A DNA stretch of 64,000 bases, taken from assembly GCA_039589615.1 (NCBI GenBank), contig JBDHHA010000036.1, positions 421 through 64,420 of the forward strand. Direction: 5' to 3'. The first letter of the stretch is position 1; each line of letters begins with the position of its first letter. The stretch is from Gemmatimonadota bacterium (lineage in GTDB: Bacteria > Gemmatimonadota > Gemmatimonadetes > Gemmatimonadales > GWC2-71-9). A model generated the notes under the pieces. The model made no database searches, was not told the DNA's origin, and worked only from the letters and a program-made list of their open reading frames with translations. The position numbers and the translations under genes are program-made. This document shows, piece after piece, positions 1-11,911 of the stretch.

Positions 1-123
1 GCAAAAAACTCACGTAAACGCATTGTCTAATCCCGTGCCCCAGAGGGGCTCTATTGTCTCAAGATCGGCCCAAACCGCAGCCGGGCCGAAACGTACGAGA
101 ACTCCCTAACCCTGTCAAACACC

Positions 124-129
124 TATAGT
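124..129 (+). promoter_or_regulatory. candidate -10 box (TATAGT) upstream of dus
   Basis: TATAGT lies 34 nt upstream of the dus ATG at 164. The same hexamer recurs upstream of purF, upstream of truA and at 3656. Confidence 0.3.
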
Positions 130-163
130 TGCTGCCCCTTCCAGGGGTTATTAACTTCGCGGC

Positions 164-1147
164 ATGGCTTTCCCCTTTCCAGTCCCCCACGACATACCGC
201 TCTTTCTCGCACCGATGGCCGGCGTGAGTGAGCCTCCGTTCCGTCGGCTGTGCCGTTCATTCGGTGCCGACGTGGTGGTCTCGGAGTTCTTGTCGTGTGA
301 AGGGCTGCGCCGCGGTGTCAAGAACGTCCACGATGGGGCGTTCTTCACGCATGGGGAGCGACCCATCGGCATCCAGCTGTATGGATCCGATCCGGCCGCC
401 ATGGCGGAAGCGGCGAATCTGGTGACGACCCACTACGAACCCGACTTCATCGACATCAACTTCGGCTGCCCGGTGAAGAAGGTCGTCCGCCGCAATGGGG
501 GATCGGGTTGCCTGAAGGACCTTGGATTGGTTGCCGACGTCATCAAGGCGGTGCGCGGCGCCACGTCACTACCAGTGACGGCGAAGACGCGCAGCGGCTG
601 GGATGAGAGCCTGCGGGATCCGGTGCGGATCGGCTTGACCTGCCAAGCGGCCGGCGTGGAAATGCTCACCCTCCACCCGCGCACACGCTCGCAGATGTAT
701 CGTGGAGAGGCCCGCTGGGCCGAGATCGCGCTGATGGTGGATGCCCTGGACATCCCCGTGGTGGGCAACGGCGACATCAAGACGGCCGAAGACGCCGTGC
801 GGATGCACGAGGAAACCCGGTGTGCGGGCATCATGATTGCACGCGGGTCCTTTGGAAACCCTTGGATCTTCCAGCAGACGAGGGATTTGTTGTCCGGACG
901 TACGGCAAAACCGACGCCGGGGGCGTCGGAACGATTCGCGGTGGCGCGACATCACGCGAAGCTCGTGTTGGAGACCCAAGGGGATACGAGAAGGACGGCC
1001 CTCGAATTCCGTAAGCACCTGGGGTGGTATACGCGGGGTTTGCCGGGGAGTGCGGAATTGAGAGGTCGCTTGCATCAGATCGAGTCCATGGTGGAAGCCG
1101 ACCAGATCCTGCGTGAATACGTAGAGCCGGGACGCGCCGTGGTGTAA
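164..1147 (+). CDS. dus: tRNA-dihydrouridine synthase
   Basis: 327-aa ORF. The N-terminus FLAPMAGVSEPPFRRLC, followed by DINFGCPVKKV and a TIM-barrel-like layout, is typical of the Dus family. Confidence 0.9.
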   Translation: MAFPFPVPHDIPLFLAPMAGVSEPPFRRLCRSFGADVVVSEFLSCEGLRRGVKNVHDGAFFTHGERPIGIQLYGSDPAAMAEAANLVTTHYEPDFIDINFGCPVKKVVRRNGGSGCLKDLGLVADVIKAVRGATSLPVTAKTRSGWDESLRDPVRIGLTCQAAGVEMLTLHPRTRSQMYRGEARWAEIALMVDALDIPVVGNGDIKTAEDAVRMHEETRCAGIMIARGSFGNPWIFQQTRDLLSGRTAKPTPGASERFAVARHHAKLVLETQGDTRRTALEFRKHLGWYTRGLPGSAELRGRLHQIESMVEADQILREYVEPGRAVV

Positions 1148-1192
1148 CGGTGCCCGCGCTGCCGCCGTCGGACCGTGGGAGAATGTGACGAG

Positions 1193-2635
1193 ATGGCCTG
1201 GATTACGCTCATCGTTGGACTCCTCATCGGAGCCGTCGTCGGCATAGGAGTAGCCGGCGACACCCGTCGCTGGCGTAGGTCGCGTCGCACCCGTCGCGTT
1301 TCCACACCACCACCCTCGGTCGAACACGTGCTGGACTTGGTTCGCCGCGCACACAACGCCAAGGTGGTGTACCTCTGCGGGCTCGGCTCGGAGCCGATTG
1401 CCGCCAGTGGCCCGAATCGTCTGGAAAAGGACACGATGGAGCGGCTCCGATCGCTCGCCAAGCTGTCCATGGGTGATGGGAGGGAGCACGTCATCAGGGG
1501 CTACGAGACGATGGTGGCCGTGGGCGACAAGAAGTTGGGAGCGGCGGTGGTGTTGGGCCAGGGGGACTCGTCCCCCGAAGAGATCCACGAGGTCTCATCC
1601 GAGCTGCGGCGTCTCCTGGCGGAGCTCCAGGCCGATCTCGGAGCTCGACTGGCCGGGGCCCGGGCGGCACGCCCGACGCCCGTAGACCTGCCGCCGCGAC
1701 TCGACACCCTTCCGGCCATTGCCTCCGGCCTGTGCGACCGGGCCAGGATCATCACCGGCCGCCCTGCGGCGGTCGTGGTCCGGAATCCGGAGACGCAGAC
1801 GGCCGCCGTCCTTGCGGTGTCCGGCAACGCCGACCGCCGGCTACTGGGGATCCCCGTGGCGCCCGACTCCGCAGTGGGACGGGCGTGCATGGGCGACGGG
1901 ACCATCGCGGCGGGAACCGACGAAGACCTCTTCGGGCGGGTCCCGGCGAACCGCCGTCGCAAGACCGGACAGGGAACCGCATATCCGCTCCGGGACGGGC
2001 GCGAGGGGGTGGGAGCCCTGGTCGTCTTTGGCGCCGCCGAGGAGCTGGACCCCGCTGTTCTGGAGCGGGTGATGTGGCTCGCGGTGGACACGGGACCCCG
2101 GTTTGCAGCCGCGGCCGCCCTCCAGGCGGCTGAGGAGCGGGCGGGCACCGATTCCCTCACGGGGCTGCCCAATCGCGCGGGCCTCAATCGGGTCCTCGCT
2201 GGAGCGCCCGCTGGCCCTTGTGCGATCCTCTGCGTGGACGTGGATCACCTCAAACGCATCAACGACGAGTTGGGGCACCCTGCCGGGGATGCTGTGCTGA
2301 GACACCTGGCCCAGATATTCCGTGCCGCGATTCGGGACGTGGACATGGCGGCGCGCATAGGCGGGGAGGAGTTCGTGGTGTGGCTGCCGGAAACGGAGCG
2401 GGACGCCGCCGCGCACGTCGCGGAGCGCATCCGTCAGACCGTGGCGGACACCGCATGGGAATGGGCGGGCTCCACGATCTCCCTCACGTGCTCCATCGGC
2501 CTGGCTGCCAGGCCCGACACGTCGCCGGATCTGGAAAACCTCATTCCGGCCGCCGATGCCGCCCTCGCTCGGGCGAAGCGGGGTGGCCGAAACCGGGTGG
2601 AGGTGGCCTCGGCCCCGGGGCAGCAGCCCGGTTGA
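1193..2635 (+). CDS. membrane-anchored diguanylate cyclase (GGDEF domain, with I-site)
   Basis: N-terminal TM helix MAWITLIVGLLIGAVVGIGVAG. C-terminal GGDEF domain: DSLTGLPNRAGL...VDVDHLKRINDELGHPAGD...RIGGEEFVVWL. RDVD lies 5 residues before GGEEF (RxxD I-site). An alternative GTG start exists at 1175. Confidence 0.85.
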   Translation: MAWITLIVGLLIGAVVGIGVAGDTRRWRRSRRTRRVSTPPPSVEHVLDLVRRAHNAKVVYLCGLGSEPIAASGPNRLEKDTMERLRSLAKLSMGDGREHVIRGYETMVAVGDKKLGAAVVLGQGDSSPEEIHEVSSELRRLLAELQADLGARLAGARAARPTPVDLPPRLDTLPAIASGLCDRARIITGRPAAVVVRNPETQTAAVLAVSGNADRRLLGIPVAPDSAVGRACMGDGTIAAGTDEDLFGRVPANRRRKTGQGTAYPLRDGREGVGALVVFGAAEELDPAVLERVMWLAVDTGPRFAAAAALQAAEERAGTDSLTGLPNRAGLNRVLAGAPAGPCAILCVDVDHLKRINDELGHPAGDAVLRHLAQIFRAAIRDVDMAARIGGEEFVVWLPETERDAAAHVAERIRQTVADTAWEWAGSTISLTCSIGLAARPDTSPDLENLIPAADAALARAKRGGRNRVEVASAPGQQPG

Positions 2636-2688
2636 CTAGGCCCGGGAGGTGGCTAAATTTAATTGTTACAACGATTTAGGTTGTTCAC

Positions 2689-3042
2689 GGGGGCGACTGG
2701 CTTCGACGGGTCCCGTGATGTTGTCGTTGCGTGTCCAGGCTCCTGGTGTCCTGGTTAAACCCGCCGGGAAACACACAATTGCCAATTCTGATCTGGCATT
2801 GGCTGCTTAAGCGTAACGCTTAATGCACCTGCCCCCGTGGCAGCCCGCCTGAGGCGGTGCGGGGGTATCGCAAAGTCAGGCTGCTGTCTCACGTTGCTTC
2901 CGCGTGCGACTCAAGCTCTAGGAAGATTGTCCGTCGATTTGGCCGGTCGTGTGCCGTTCGGCGGAGACCTCAAGCACGACCTACGCACGTAGAGCGGCTT
3001 CGGATCGAGGTTCGGACCGGGGTTCGATTCCCCGCGCCTCCA
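2689..3042 (+). ncRNA. ssrA: tmRNA (SsrA), one-piece
   Basis: The 5' end GGGGGCGACTGGCTTCGACGGG pairs with the 3' end CGCCTCC+A, including the G3:U wobble. T-arm GGTTCGATTCCCC is present. The internal tag reading frame at 2781-2810 is GCC AAT TCT GAT CTG GCA TTG GCT GCT TAA, giving ANSDLALAA, and a second TAA follows. The CCA tail is not encoded (sequence continues cta). Confidence 0.9.
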
Positions 3043-3050
3043 CTAACACA

Positions 3051-3070
3051 GGGCCCGTTTCGGCGGGCCC
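3051..3070 (+). terminator. hairpin downstream of tmRNA
   Basis: GGGCCCG-tttcgg-CGGGCCC begins 9 nt after the tmRNA 3' end. The following U-tract is weak (uaaggcguuugu). Confidence 0.45.
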
Positions 3071-3175
3071 TAAGGCGTTTGTGGGGTAGGGTGTTGGGTG
3101 GTGGTGGCCTGGCGAGCATCCTGGGGCGTTTCAGGTCCAGTTGACGCCGCAAGCCTCCCACGCCGCATGACGGCG

Positions 3176-3574
3176 CTAAAACGAGCAATCTCCGTCGCAC
3201 CTGATTGCGAAACCGACCCAAAACAGCATGGAGATGAGAAGGAAGAGGCCCCCCACCGTCCCTGCGGTGAGGGCCGCCGTCTTCACCGGATCGAATTGCC
3301 TGGTTTTGACGGTGACCACATCCCCCAAGAACACCGCCGTGTTTCGGGGACCGTACCGCTCCAGGCGACCGGCCACGCTGTCGCCCCGGATGACCGGGTC
3401 TCTCAAGATGACGGAGCTCTTTCGAAGAGGCGTCACGCGGATGGCTGTAGGTCGCGATTCCTCCACCAGGGTCCGGGGCGCAACCGGCGTGATTCTCCAG
3501 GTCGAACACGCCATGACCGTGGGCATCAGAATCACGGCGATACAGCGAACGAAGTGCGATCGTGTGATGGTCAT
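3176..3574 (-). CDS. hypothetical small lipoprotein with C-terminal TM helix
   Basis: 132-aa ORF. GGAGGG Shine-Dalgarno 6 nt upstream of the ATG. Lipobox-like IAVILMPTVMAC. C-terminal hydrophobic stretch TVGGLFLLISMLFWVGFAI. Confidence 0.55.
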   Translation of the reverse strand: MTITRSHFVRCIAVILMPTVMACSTWRITPVAPRTLVEESRPTAIRVTPLRKSSVILRDPVIRGDSVAGRLERYGPRNTAVFLGDVVTVKTRQFDPVKTAALTAGTVGGLFLLISMLFWVGFAIRCDGDCSF

Positions 3575-3609
3575 GGTTTCCCTCCGGCGGAGGCTTGTTC
3601 CGGTCCGGT

Positions 3610-3661
3610 TATAGCGTCGGTGCTATATAATATAGCGTGTGCGCTATATTGTCGATATAGT
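3610..3661. promoter_or_regulatory. AT-rich divergent promoter/operator block with tandem palindromes
   Basis: Contains TATAGC-GTCGGT-GCTATA (3610-3627), TATAGCG-TGTG-CGCTATA (3631-3648) and ATATTGTCGATATAGT (to 3661). It sits between the divergent genes 3176-3574(-) and 3780-4256(+), in otherwise GC-rich DNA. Confidence 0.5.
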
Positions 3662-3779
3662 GCTCGTTCTATGACGCGGCCGATTCCGAACAGGTGTGCC
3701 CTGTGTATTGAGGGCGGGAGAGGTGCGACAGGCCACAGGTGGAAGGGCACGCGTTTGGTCCGAGGAGCCGCGAACACCT

Positions 3780-4256
3780 ATGTTGAGCGGCATGGACACC
3801 CAACACTTCCCCTCGAAGCGGGATCTCTGGCTCGTACTGGTGATTTGGGCGGGCGCGGTCGGGCTCGTGTATGCGGGCTTTGACGTTCTGGGTTCGACGG
3901 TGTCACCGATGGCCAAGGTGTCGTTCGGGTTGGTCTCGCTGGTGGCGCCCGTTTTCATGCTTTGGTTGCTGTACTTCACGGGATACACTTTTGTAGACCG
4001 AACCCTGGTGTGTGCCTGCGGACCGTTCAAACACCGCGTGCCCCTCGACGCCATCCGAGGAGTGCGGCCGTCGCGCAACCCTGTGGCGAGCCCGGCGTGT
4101 TCGTTGGATCGACTTCAAATCGACTACGAAGGCTCGCGATTCGGCGTGCTGGTGTCTCCCAAAGACAAATCGGGGTTCTTGGCAGCGTTAGTGGAGCGGT
4201 GCCCGAATCTGTATTTCGATGGAGAACGAGTCAGTCCTAGGGATGAAGTTGATTAG
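3780..4256 (+). CDS. PH-domain (bPH_2/YdbS-like) membrane protein
   Basis: Two TM helices (LWLVLVIWAGAVGLVYAGF, FGLVSLVAPVFMLWLLYF) followed by a small soluble domain (VCACGPFKHRVPLDAIRGVRPS...LQIDY). The start is uncertain: GTG 3696, ATG 3780 or ATG 3792. Confidence 0.65.
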   Translation: MLSGMDTQHFPSKRDLWLVLVIWAGAVGLVYAGFDVLGSTVSPMAKVSFGLVSLVAPVFMLWLLYFTGYTFVDRTLVCACGPFKHRVPLDAIRGVRPSRNPVASPACSLDRLQIDYEGSRFGVLVSPKDKSGFLAALVERCPNLYFDGERVSPRDEVD

Positions 4257-4277
4257 GGGACAGGCCGTACGACACGC

Positions 4278-5231
4278 ATGACTTGGGCGTGCCTTTGCGA
4301 ACGATTCACCGTCGCCCTCGTGGCGCTTTGCGCCGTCGGGGCTCTCGGTTGTTCCGGAGGTGCGCGCCAACCCCGACGCGCCGCGCGCCGGCCGGCGGCA
4401 GGCCGCACCGTCCAACCGCCGCAGATGATACCGTTCGCCGACGCCCACGTTCACCTCAACGACGTCGACGCGCAGCTCCAGATGATGGATCGGTTTGGCA
4501 TATCCCGAGCCATCGTCTTCTGGGGGCGTGACAGCGACAACGAGACCATCTTGCGCGCGGCGGGCGCCCACCCCGACCGTTTCATTCCCTTCGCATCGGT
4601 GTCGCCCGAGCGGCACGCGTACCGAGGCTACTGGCAGCGTGACGACGTGGCACTCCTGCCGGTGCTGGAAGCACTCCTCGATCCGGGCGGCTTCCGCGGC
4701 ATTGGAGAGATCTCGATAACCCACTTTCCCGGCGCGGGCTTTCCGGAAGCGGATTTCAGCCCGGAGTCGGCGGTCATGCGGGGAATCATGGAACTCGCCG
4801 GCCGGTACGGAGTCCCGGTCATGGTGCACTGCGAGGTCACCCGGATCCGGGAGCTCTCGGCGCTGCTCGGGGCATTCCCGGATGTCCCGGTCGTCTGGGC
4901 CCACGGGGGCTACACGCCCTATGTACTGGCCAAACAAATGCTCGAGCGTCACTCCAACCTCTACTACGATCTCACGGCGCGTACTTGGGCGAGCCATCCG
5001 CGGTCACCCGATTACACGATCTTCAAGAACGACACGGAAGTGTGGCCCGAATGGCTGGCGTTGATCGAATCCCACGCCGATCGGATGTTCGTGGGCACCG
5101 ATGCAACGCAGCGTTCCGAAACCGGGGAGGCGAGCAAGATCAGTCGCGTGATGCTCTTGCTCGCGCAGCTCGACGAGACCACCCGCCAAAAGGTCGCCGT
5201 GACGAACCTCCTGGCACTCGTAGGCGGCTAG
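4278..5231 (+). CDS. exported metal-dependent amidohydrolase (TatD/amidohydrolase-2-like)
   Basis: Lipoprotein-type signal VALCAVGALGCSGG. HxH metal motif FADAHVHLND. Later VMVHCE and WAHGG. Confidence 0.75.
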   Translation: MTWACLCERFTVALVALCAVGALGCSGGARQPRRAARRPAAGRTVQPPQMIPFADAHVHLNDVDAQLQMMDRFGISRAIVFWGRDSDNETILRAAGAHPDRFIPFASVSPERHAYRGYWQRDDVALLPVLEALLDPGGFRGIGEISITHFPGAGFPEADFSPESAVMRGIMELAGRYGVPVMVHCEVTRIRELSALLGAFPDVPVVWAHGGYTPYVLAKQMLERHSNLYYDLTARTWASHPRSPDYTIFKNDTEVWPEWLALIESHADRMFVGTDATQRSETGEASKISRVMLLLAQLDETTRQKVAVTNLLALVGG

Positions 5232-5301
5232 TCCTCCGTTCCGATTTTACGGAACCCCGTTTCTGCAAACGTGTACGAAAGTGCCACTCAGGAGTGCTGC
5301 C

Positions 5302-6204
5302 ATGACAGTTGGGGGGAGGGGGCAACGCCTGGCGTTGTCGTTCGTTGTCGTTCTCGCATGCGGATCCCATTCCAATCAGAGACAGGTACGAGAAAGCCCC
5401 GGCGCTGCGGATGTCGGAGTCATCGCCTTCTCCTCGCCGAGGGGCGGCGCCTGGGCCGTCCACGTCGTGAACGCGGATGGCAGCAATCTGCGCCAACTGA
5501 CGAACCGCCCGGAGAATGACGGATACCCCGCGTGGTCCCCGGACGGGACGAGGATAGCCCTCTATGCCTACCATGGCGATACCACGTGGTCCATTCACGT
5601 CATGAACTCGGACGGCACCGGACGGCGACGGTTGACTCACAGAGAAGGAGCCCGGCACAGCGCTCCAGCGTGGTCGCCCGACGGAATGCAGATAGCGTTC
5701 GGATCAGAGCGTGGCGACGCGTACGAGATCTGGGTGATGAACGCTGACGGAAGTGAGCAGCGACGTTTGGGTGAGGTGTCGGGCGGAGCGCCGGACTGGT
5801 CGCCCGATGGACGGCGGGTGGTGTTTCATTCCTGGCGGGATGGTGAGAGTGAGATATGCGTGGTGAACACCGATGGCAGCGGCCTGACGCGGCTCACCGA
5901 CACTGATGCTGGGGAGTGGCATCCCGCCTGGTCCCCTGACGGTACACGCATCGCCTTCATGTCGGATCGCGACGGCGATCACGAGATCTATGCCATGGAC
6001 GCCGACGGGACGAGGGTGGTGCAGTTGACCCACAACGACGCCGACGACCGGGAGCCCTCCTGGTCGCCGGACGGCTCGCAGATCGTGTTCGCCTCGAGGC
6101 GAGATGGAAACCAGGAAGTCTACGTGATGAACGCCGATGGCTCGAACCAGACCCGCGTCACTCGGCACCCGGCGGCCGATGGACAGCCCGCGTGGATGCG
6201 TTGA
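5302..6204 (+). CDS. PD40/TolB-like beta-propeller repeat lipoprotein
   Basis: Signal/lipobox LALSFVVVLACGS. Five or more repeats of the WSPDG unit (AWSPDGTRIALY, AWSPDGMQIAFG, DWSPDGRRVVFH, AWSPDGTRIAFM, SWSPDGSQIVFA). An alternative GTG start exists at 5281. Confidence 0.85.
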   Translation: MTVGGRGQRLALSFVVVLACGSHSNQRQVRESPGAADVGVIAFSSPRGGAWAVHVVNADGSNLRQLTNRPENDGYPAWSPDGTRIALYAYHGDTTWSIHVMNSDGTGRRRLTHREGARHSAPAWSPDGMQIAFGSERGDAYEIWVMNADGSEQRRLGEVSGGAPDWSPDGRRVVFHSWRDGESEICVVNTDGSGLTRLTDTDAGEWHPAWSPDGTRIAFMSDRDGDHEIYAMDADGTRVVQLTHNDADDREPSWSPDGSQIVFASRRDGNQEVYVMNADGSNQTRVTRHPAADGQPAWMR

Positions 6205-6289
6205 TGGAGGGTTGGGCAGCAGGGCAGTCGTATTCTCTACGCTACGAGCCGAGTTTACTTAGTCACCACCGATGCAGCCCCCAACGCCG

Positions 6290-7927
6290 TTACCGGAAAC
6301 AGATCCGTGCGGAGGGGTTCTCGTATACGGTGATGGTCTGCGACCCCGCGCCGTCCCCATTCACCTCCACACGAAGCGTGAAGTGATCGGTCAGATTGCC
6401 GCGGTCCTTGCCGCCCGTGTAGTAGAGCCCGGTTCCCCGGTGAATCCCGTCGCTGTACCAGTTGTAGCTGTAGTTCCCACCTGGTGGGTCTACCACAGCC
6501 TGCCATGTGCAGTTCGCCTCAGGCTGGATCCGGGTGGGGCCCCGAATGGTTACCTGGACATTTGGTGGAGGAACCGATGGAGCAGTGGCATCGAACACGC
6601 CGAGCTCCTGCATCACAGCACCCAAGGGGCTGAAGTAGGCACGATAGGCTCGCGTCCACAGGTCCTCACTGTTGTCGCCGTTATGGACACCCGCGAGAGC
6701 AACGGAATCCCCGCCGAGGCGGATGAAGACCGGTGCGCCGCTGTTTCCAGGACCCGCCTTGTAGTCTGCTACGACTTGGTCCGTCAGCACCACTCCGTCC
6801 GGGCCAACTATGTCTTTGCCGATGTCCGTGACCTTACCCCGTTGCCACCCGATTTCCTGCCCGATCATGTGGACCATGTCGCCTGCTTGCGGCCACAGCG
6901 CATGCCTCGTGATCCGAAAGGCGGGATTCAGAGGGTCGACTATGACGCTCCCGTATGTGGTGGTGCGGGCGATGTACCCCTGGTGTACCTGGACGTACGC
7001 CGGCACCGCCAGCAACGTGGCATCACTGCGCCGGCAAGAACCGAAGAACCCACACCCGTACGGTGACGGATCACGGTATTCCAGTCCAACAAAGTGGATG
7101 GAGTCTTCGATGGCCTGGTTCTGAAAGAAGAACGTACCTTCCATTACTGCAAACTGAGACGAGCAGTGGGAGGCCGTTACGGCGTGTGCCCAGCCGTCCT
7201 GGATCGCATTGAATCCCAAAGTGCAGCCTTTTCCTTCAGCATCCCAGAGACGAGCGAGAATAAGGCCGCCTTCGATGGGCCGCCTGTAGTCGCGGAGGGT
7301 CGGTCCGTTCTCTGGTTGTTGCAGCGCACCGGTGTTCGGACGCAACCGCCTTTCCCTGACCACCTGCACAGCCTCGAGTGGGATGTCCGCGCTCGTAAGG
7401 CGGGCTTGCACTGCTGCGCTGGCCTCTGGGTCTGCGACTCCGATCACGATCCGGTTCTTCATCTGGTTCAGCGATGTCGAAACGACGTCTGGCAGGGTGA
7501 ATGCCCAGAGGTTGATGTTATCGCGCCATTGTCGGAGTTCCGAGAATGAATATTCCCCGCTGCGAATGACGACGTCCGAATCTTCGTCGACTCGAGGTCT
7601 CACGATTTCGCTGGCATCGCCCACGAATTGGCGCGCGATGCTCTCGTCGGCATCTCGCGTGAGCACCACGACGAGCCTTTGATTCTCGAAGTAGAAGCCC
7701 CCGAAACCGGGTATCCGCTCGGCTAAATAGAGCGCCGGAACATCCGATGGCCGGTCACTGTCCAACGTCGGGATCGGGCTGGAATACTGTAGACCAGGCT
7801 CTTGTGCCGGTGGCTGTGGGTGGGACACTTCGGTGGGCGACTCTTGCAGACGGTCACACGAGGTGAGAAGCGTGACGAGCGAAAGAAGGGTCAAGCCTGC
7901 GGTGCGCGAAGCTTTCTGCATCTCCAT
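6290..7927 (-). CDS. secreted trypsin-like (PA clan, S1) serine peptidase lipoprotein with C-terminal beta-sandwich (PKD-like) domain
   Basis: Signal/lipobox LTLLSLVTLLTSC. Catalytic His context AVTASHCS. Serine context GPGNSGAPVF. The C-terminal ~90 aa (VQVTIRGPTRIQPEANCTWQAVVDPPGGNYSYNWY...) looks PKD-like. GAGAGGG lies upstream of the ATG at 7927. Confidence 0.7.
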   Translation of the reverse strand: MEMQKASRTAGLTLLSLVTLLTSCDRLQESPTEVSHPQPPAQEPGLQYSSPIPTLDSDRPSDVPALYLAERIPGFGGFYFENQRLVVVLTRDADESIARQFVGDASEIVRPRVDEDSDVVIRSGEYSFSELRQWRDNINLWAFTLPDVVSTSLNQMKNRIVIGVADPEASAAVQARLTSADIPLEAVQVVRERRLRPNTGALQQPENGPTLRDYRRPIEGGLILARLWDAEGKGCTLGFNAIQDGWAHAVTASHCSSQFAVMEGTFFFQNQAIEDSIHFVGLEYRDPSPYGCGFFGSCRRSDATLLAVPAYVQVHQGYIARTTTYGSVIVDPLNPAFRITRHALWPQAGDMVHMIGQEIGWQRGKVTDIGKDIVGPDGVVLTDQVVADYKAGPGNSGAPVFIRLGGDSVALAGVHNGDNSEDLWTRAYRAYFSPLGAVMQELGVFDATAPSVPPPNVQVTIRGPTRIQPEANCTWQAVVDPPGGNYSYNWYSDGIHRGTGLYYTGGKDRGNLTDHFTLRVEVNGDGAGSQTITVYENPSARICFR

Positions 7928-8203
7928 GGTACCCTCTCTGTGTAGCCCGCGCCGGTCGAGCGCGAGTTGCCTCGAGGACAAACAAGGACGGGCGGTCCTC
8001 AGTTGATTGATGCTTTGGTGTGGCTGGATGTGACAGGTGGCCTGGGAGACCCTCAGCAGGGCCTGGCTTCTCGCGGCGGTGTCGGTGGCGTCGGCCGTGG
8101 TAGATCCACTTCGGCCCTCGAGGTGGGATCGTGAGATGGTGATGGTCCCCCACTTGTAGCGATAGCTGAGGCGCGCCTGTTCATCGGGCGGGGCGCGGAC
8201 AAA

Positions 8204-8255
8204 TATAGCGTGTACGCTATAAGCTTATAGCGCATAGATAATATTGTCAATATGG
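8204..8255. promoter_or_regulatory. second copy of the AT-rich palindrome block
   Basis: Contains TATAGCG-TGTA-CGCTATA (8204-8221; 17/18 identical to 3631-3648), CTATAAGCTTATAG (8217-8230) and ATATTGTCAATAT (8241-8253). It sits between the divergent genes 6290-7927(-) and 8343-9248(+). Confidence 0.5.
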
Positions 8256-8342
8256 CGGCGCGGCCATTCCCCTCTGGTTGCGAGCGGGACACGGTTTCCA
8301 CGCATTGCGCCGGGCCCGATTCGCGTTAGGGTCGTGAAGATC

Positions 8343-9244
8343 ATGAACAGAGTGCTCATCACGGGGTCCACCGGGCTCATCGGCCGCCACCTCAGCGGGG
8401 TGCTGAGAGCGAGGGGGGACCAAGTCGTCGGCCTCTCACGCTCGGGCTCCGGGCGCCACGTGCGACGGTGGGATCCCACGGCTGCGTCCCTCGACCCGGC
8501 GCTTGTCTCGGGCTTTGACGTCGTCGTGCACCTCGCCGGCGAGAACATCGGCGAGGGACGCTGGACGGAAACCAAGAAACGACGGATTCGGGACAGCCGT
8601 GTGCACGCGACCAGGATGTTGAGCGAGGCACTGGCACGTGCAGAGGGTCCACCAGCCTTATTGATCTCGGGTTCCGCCGTGGGGTACTACGGCAACCGCG
8701 GGGCGGAGGTGCTCTCGGAAGACAGCGGGCCGGGAAGGGGATTCCTCGCCGAAGTGACCACCGGATGGGAGCGGGCCGCGGAACCGGCACAGGACGCCGG
8801 CATCACCGTCGTCCATCCTCGAACCGGACCCGTCTTGAGCACCCTCGGTGGGGCGCTGGCCAAGATGCTGCCGCCGTTCAAGATGGGGTTGGGTGGGGTG
8901 GTGGGGAGCGGCACGCAATACATGAGCTGGATCACGTTGGACGACACGGTGGCGGCGCTGTGTCATCTCGTGGACCATGCTCTCGCGCTGCAGGGCCCCG
9001 TGAACCTGGTCGCGCCAAATCCCGTCACGAACCGAGAGTTCACCCATGTGTTGGGTCATGTCCTCAAGCGCCCCACGGCCATCCCGCTCCCGGCCATGGC
9101 GGCGCGCCTCGCGCTGGGGGAGATGGCCGACGAACTGCTACTCGGAGGCCAACGGGTGTCGCCGGAGCGACTGGAAGCCTCCGGGTTTCGTTTCCAATTC
9201 CCCCAGCTTGAGGGCGCTTTACAGCACGTGATCGAAACGCACGG

Positions 9245-9248
<4 letters not shown>
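8343..9248 (+). CDS. TIGR01777/YfcH-type SDR epimerase-family protein
   Basis: MNRVLITGSTGLIGRHL Rossmann motif. VVHLAGENIGEGRWTETKKRRIRDSR. The C-terminal DUF1731-like tail is typical of YfcH. Confidence 0.85.
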
Positions 9249-11893
<2,645 letters not shown>

Positions 11894-11911
11894 TGTGTAG
11901 TTCTTTTCTGT

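Noticed and set aside
569-1588. 339-aa minus-strand ORF overlapping dus and the GGDEF gene.
   Set aside because: It is antisense to two ORFs with clear family motifs. It has an Arg/Gly/His/Pro-rich composition and no recognisable domain. This is a typical shadow ORF of GC-rich DNA.
3671-3883. 71-codon ORF starting 9 nt after the TATAGT box at 3656 (possible leaderless peptide).
   Set aside because: The translation is Arg/Gly-rich and looks non-protein-like. It overlaps the start region of the PH-domain gene in another frame. It is more likely just a 5' UTR.
3098-3883. 261-aa plus-strand ORF spanning the tmRNA-downstream region.
   Set aside because: It is antisense to the Shine-Dalgarno-preceded lipoprotein gene. 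It runs across the AT-rich promoter block. Its translation is Arg/Gly/His-rich with no motif.
3043-8200. Possible genomic island integrated at the tmRNA 3' end.
   Set aside because: There is no integrase, excisionase or phage gene. I saw no duplicated tmRNA 3' segment. The composition looks like the rest of the window.
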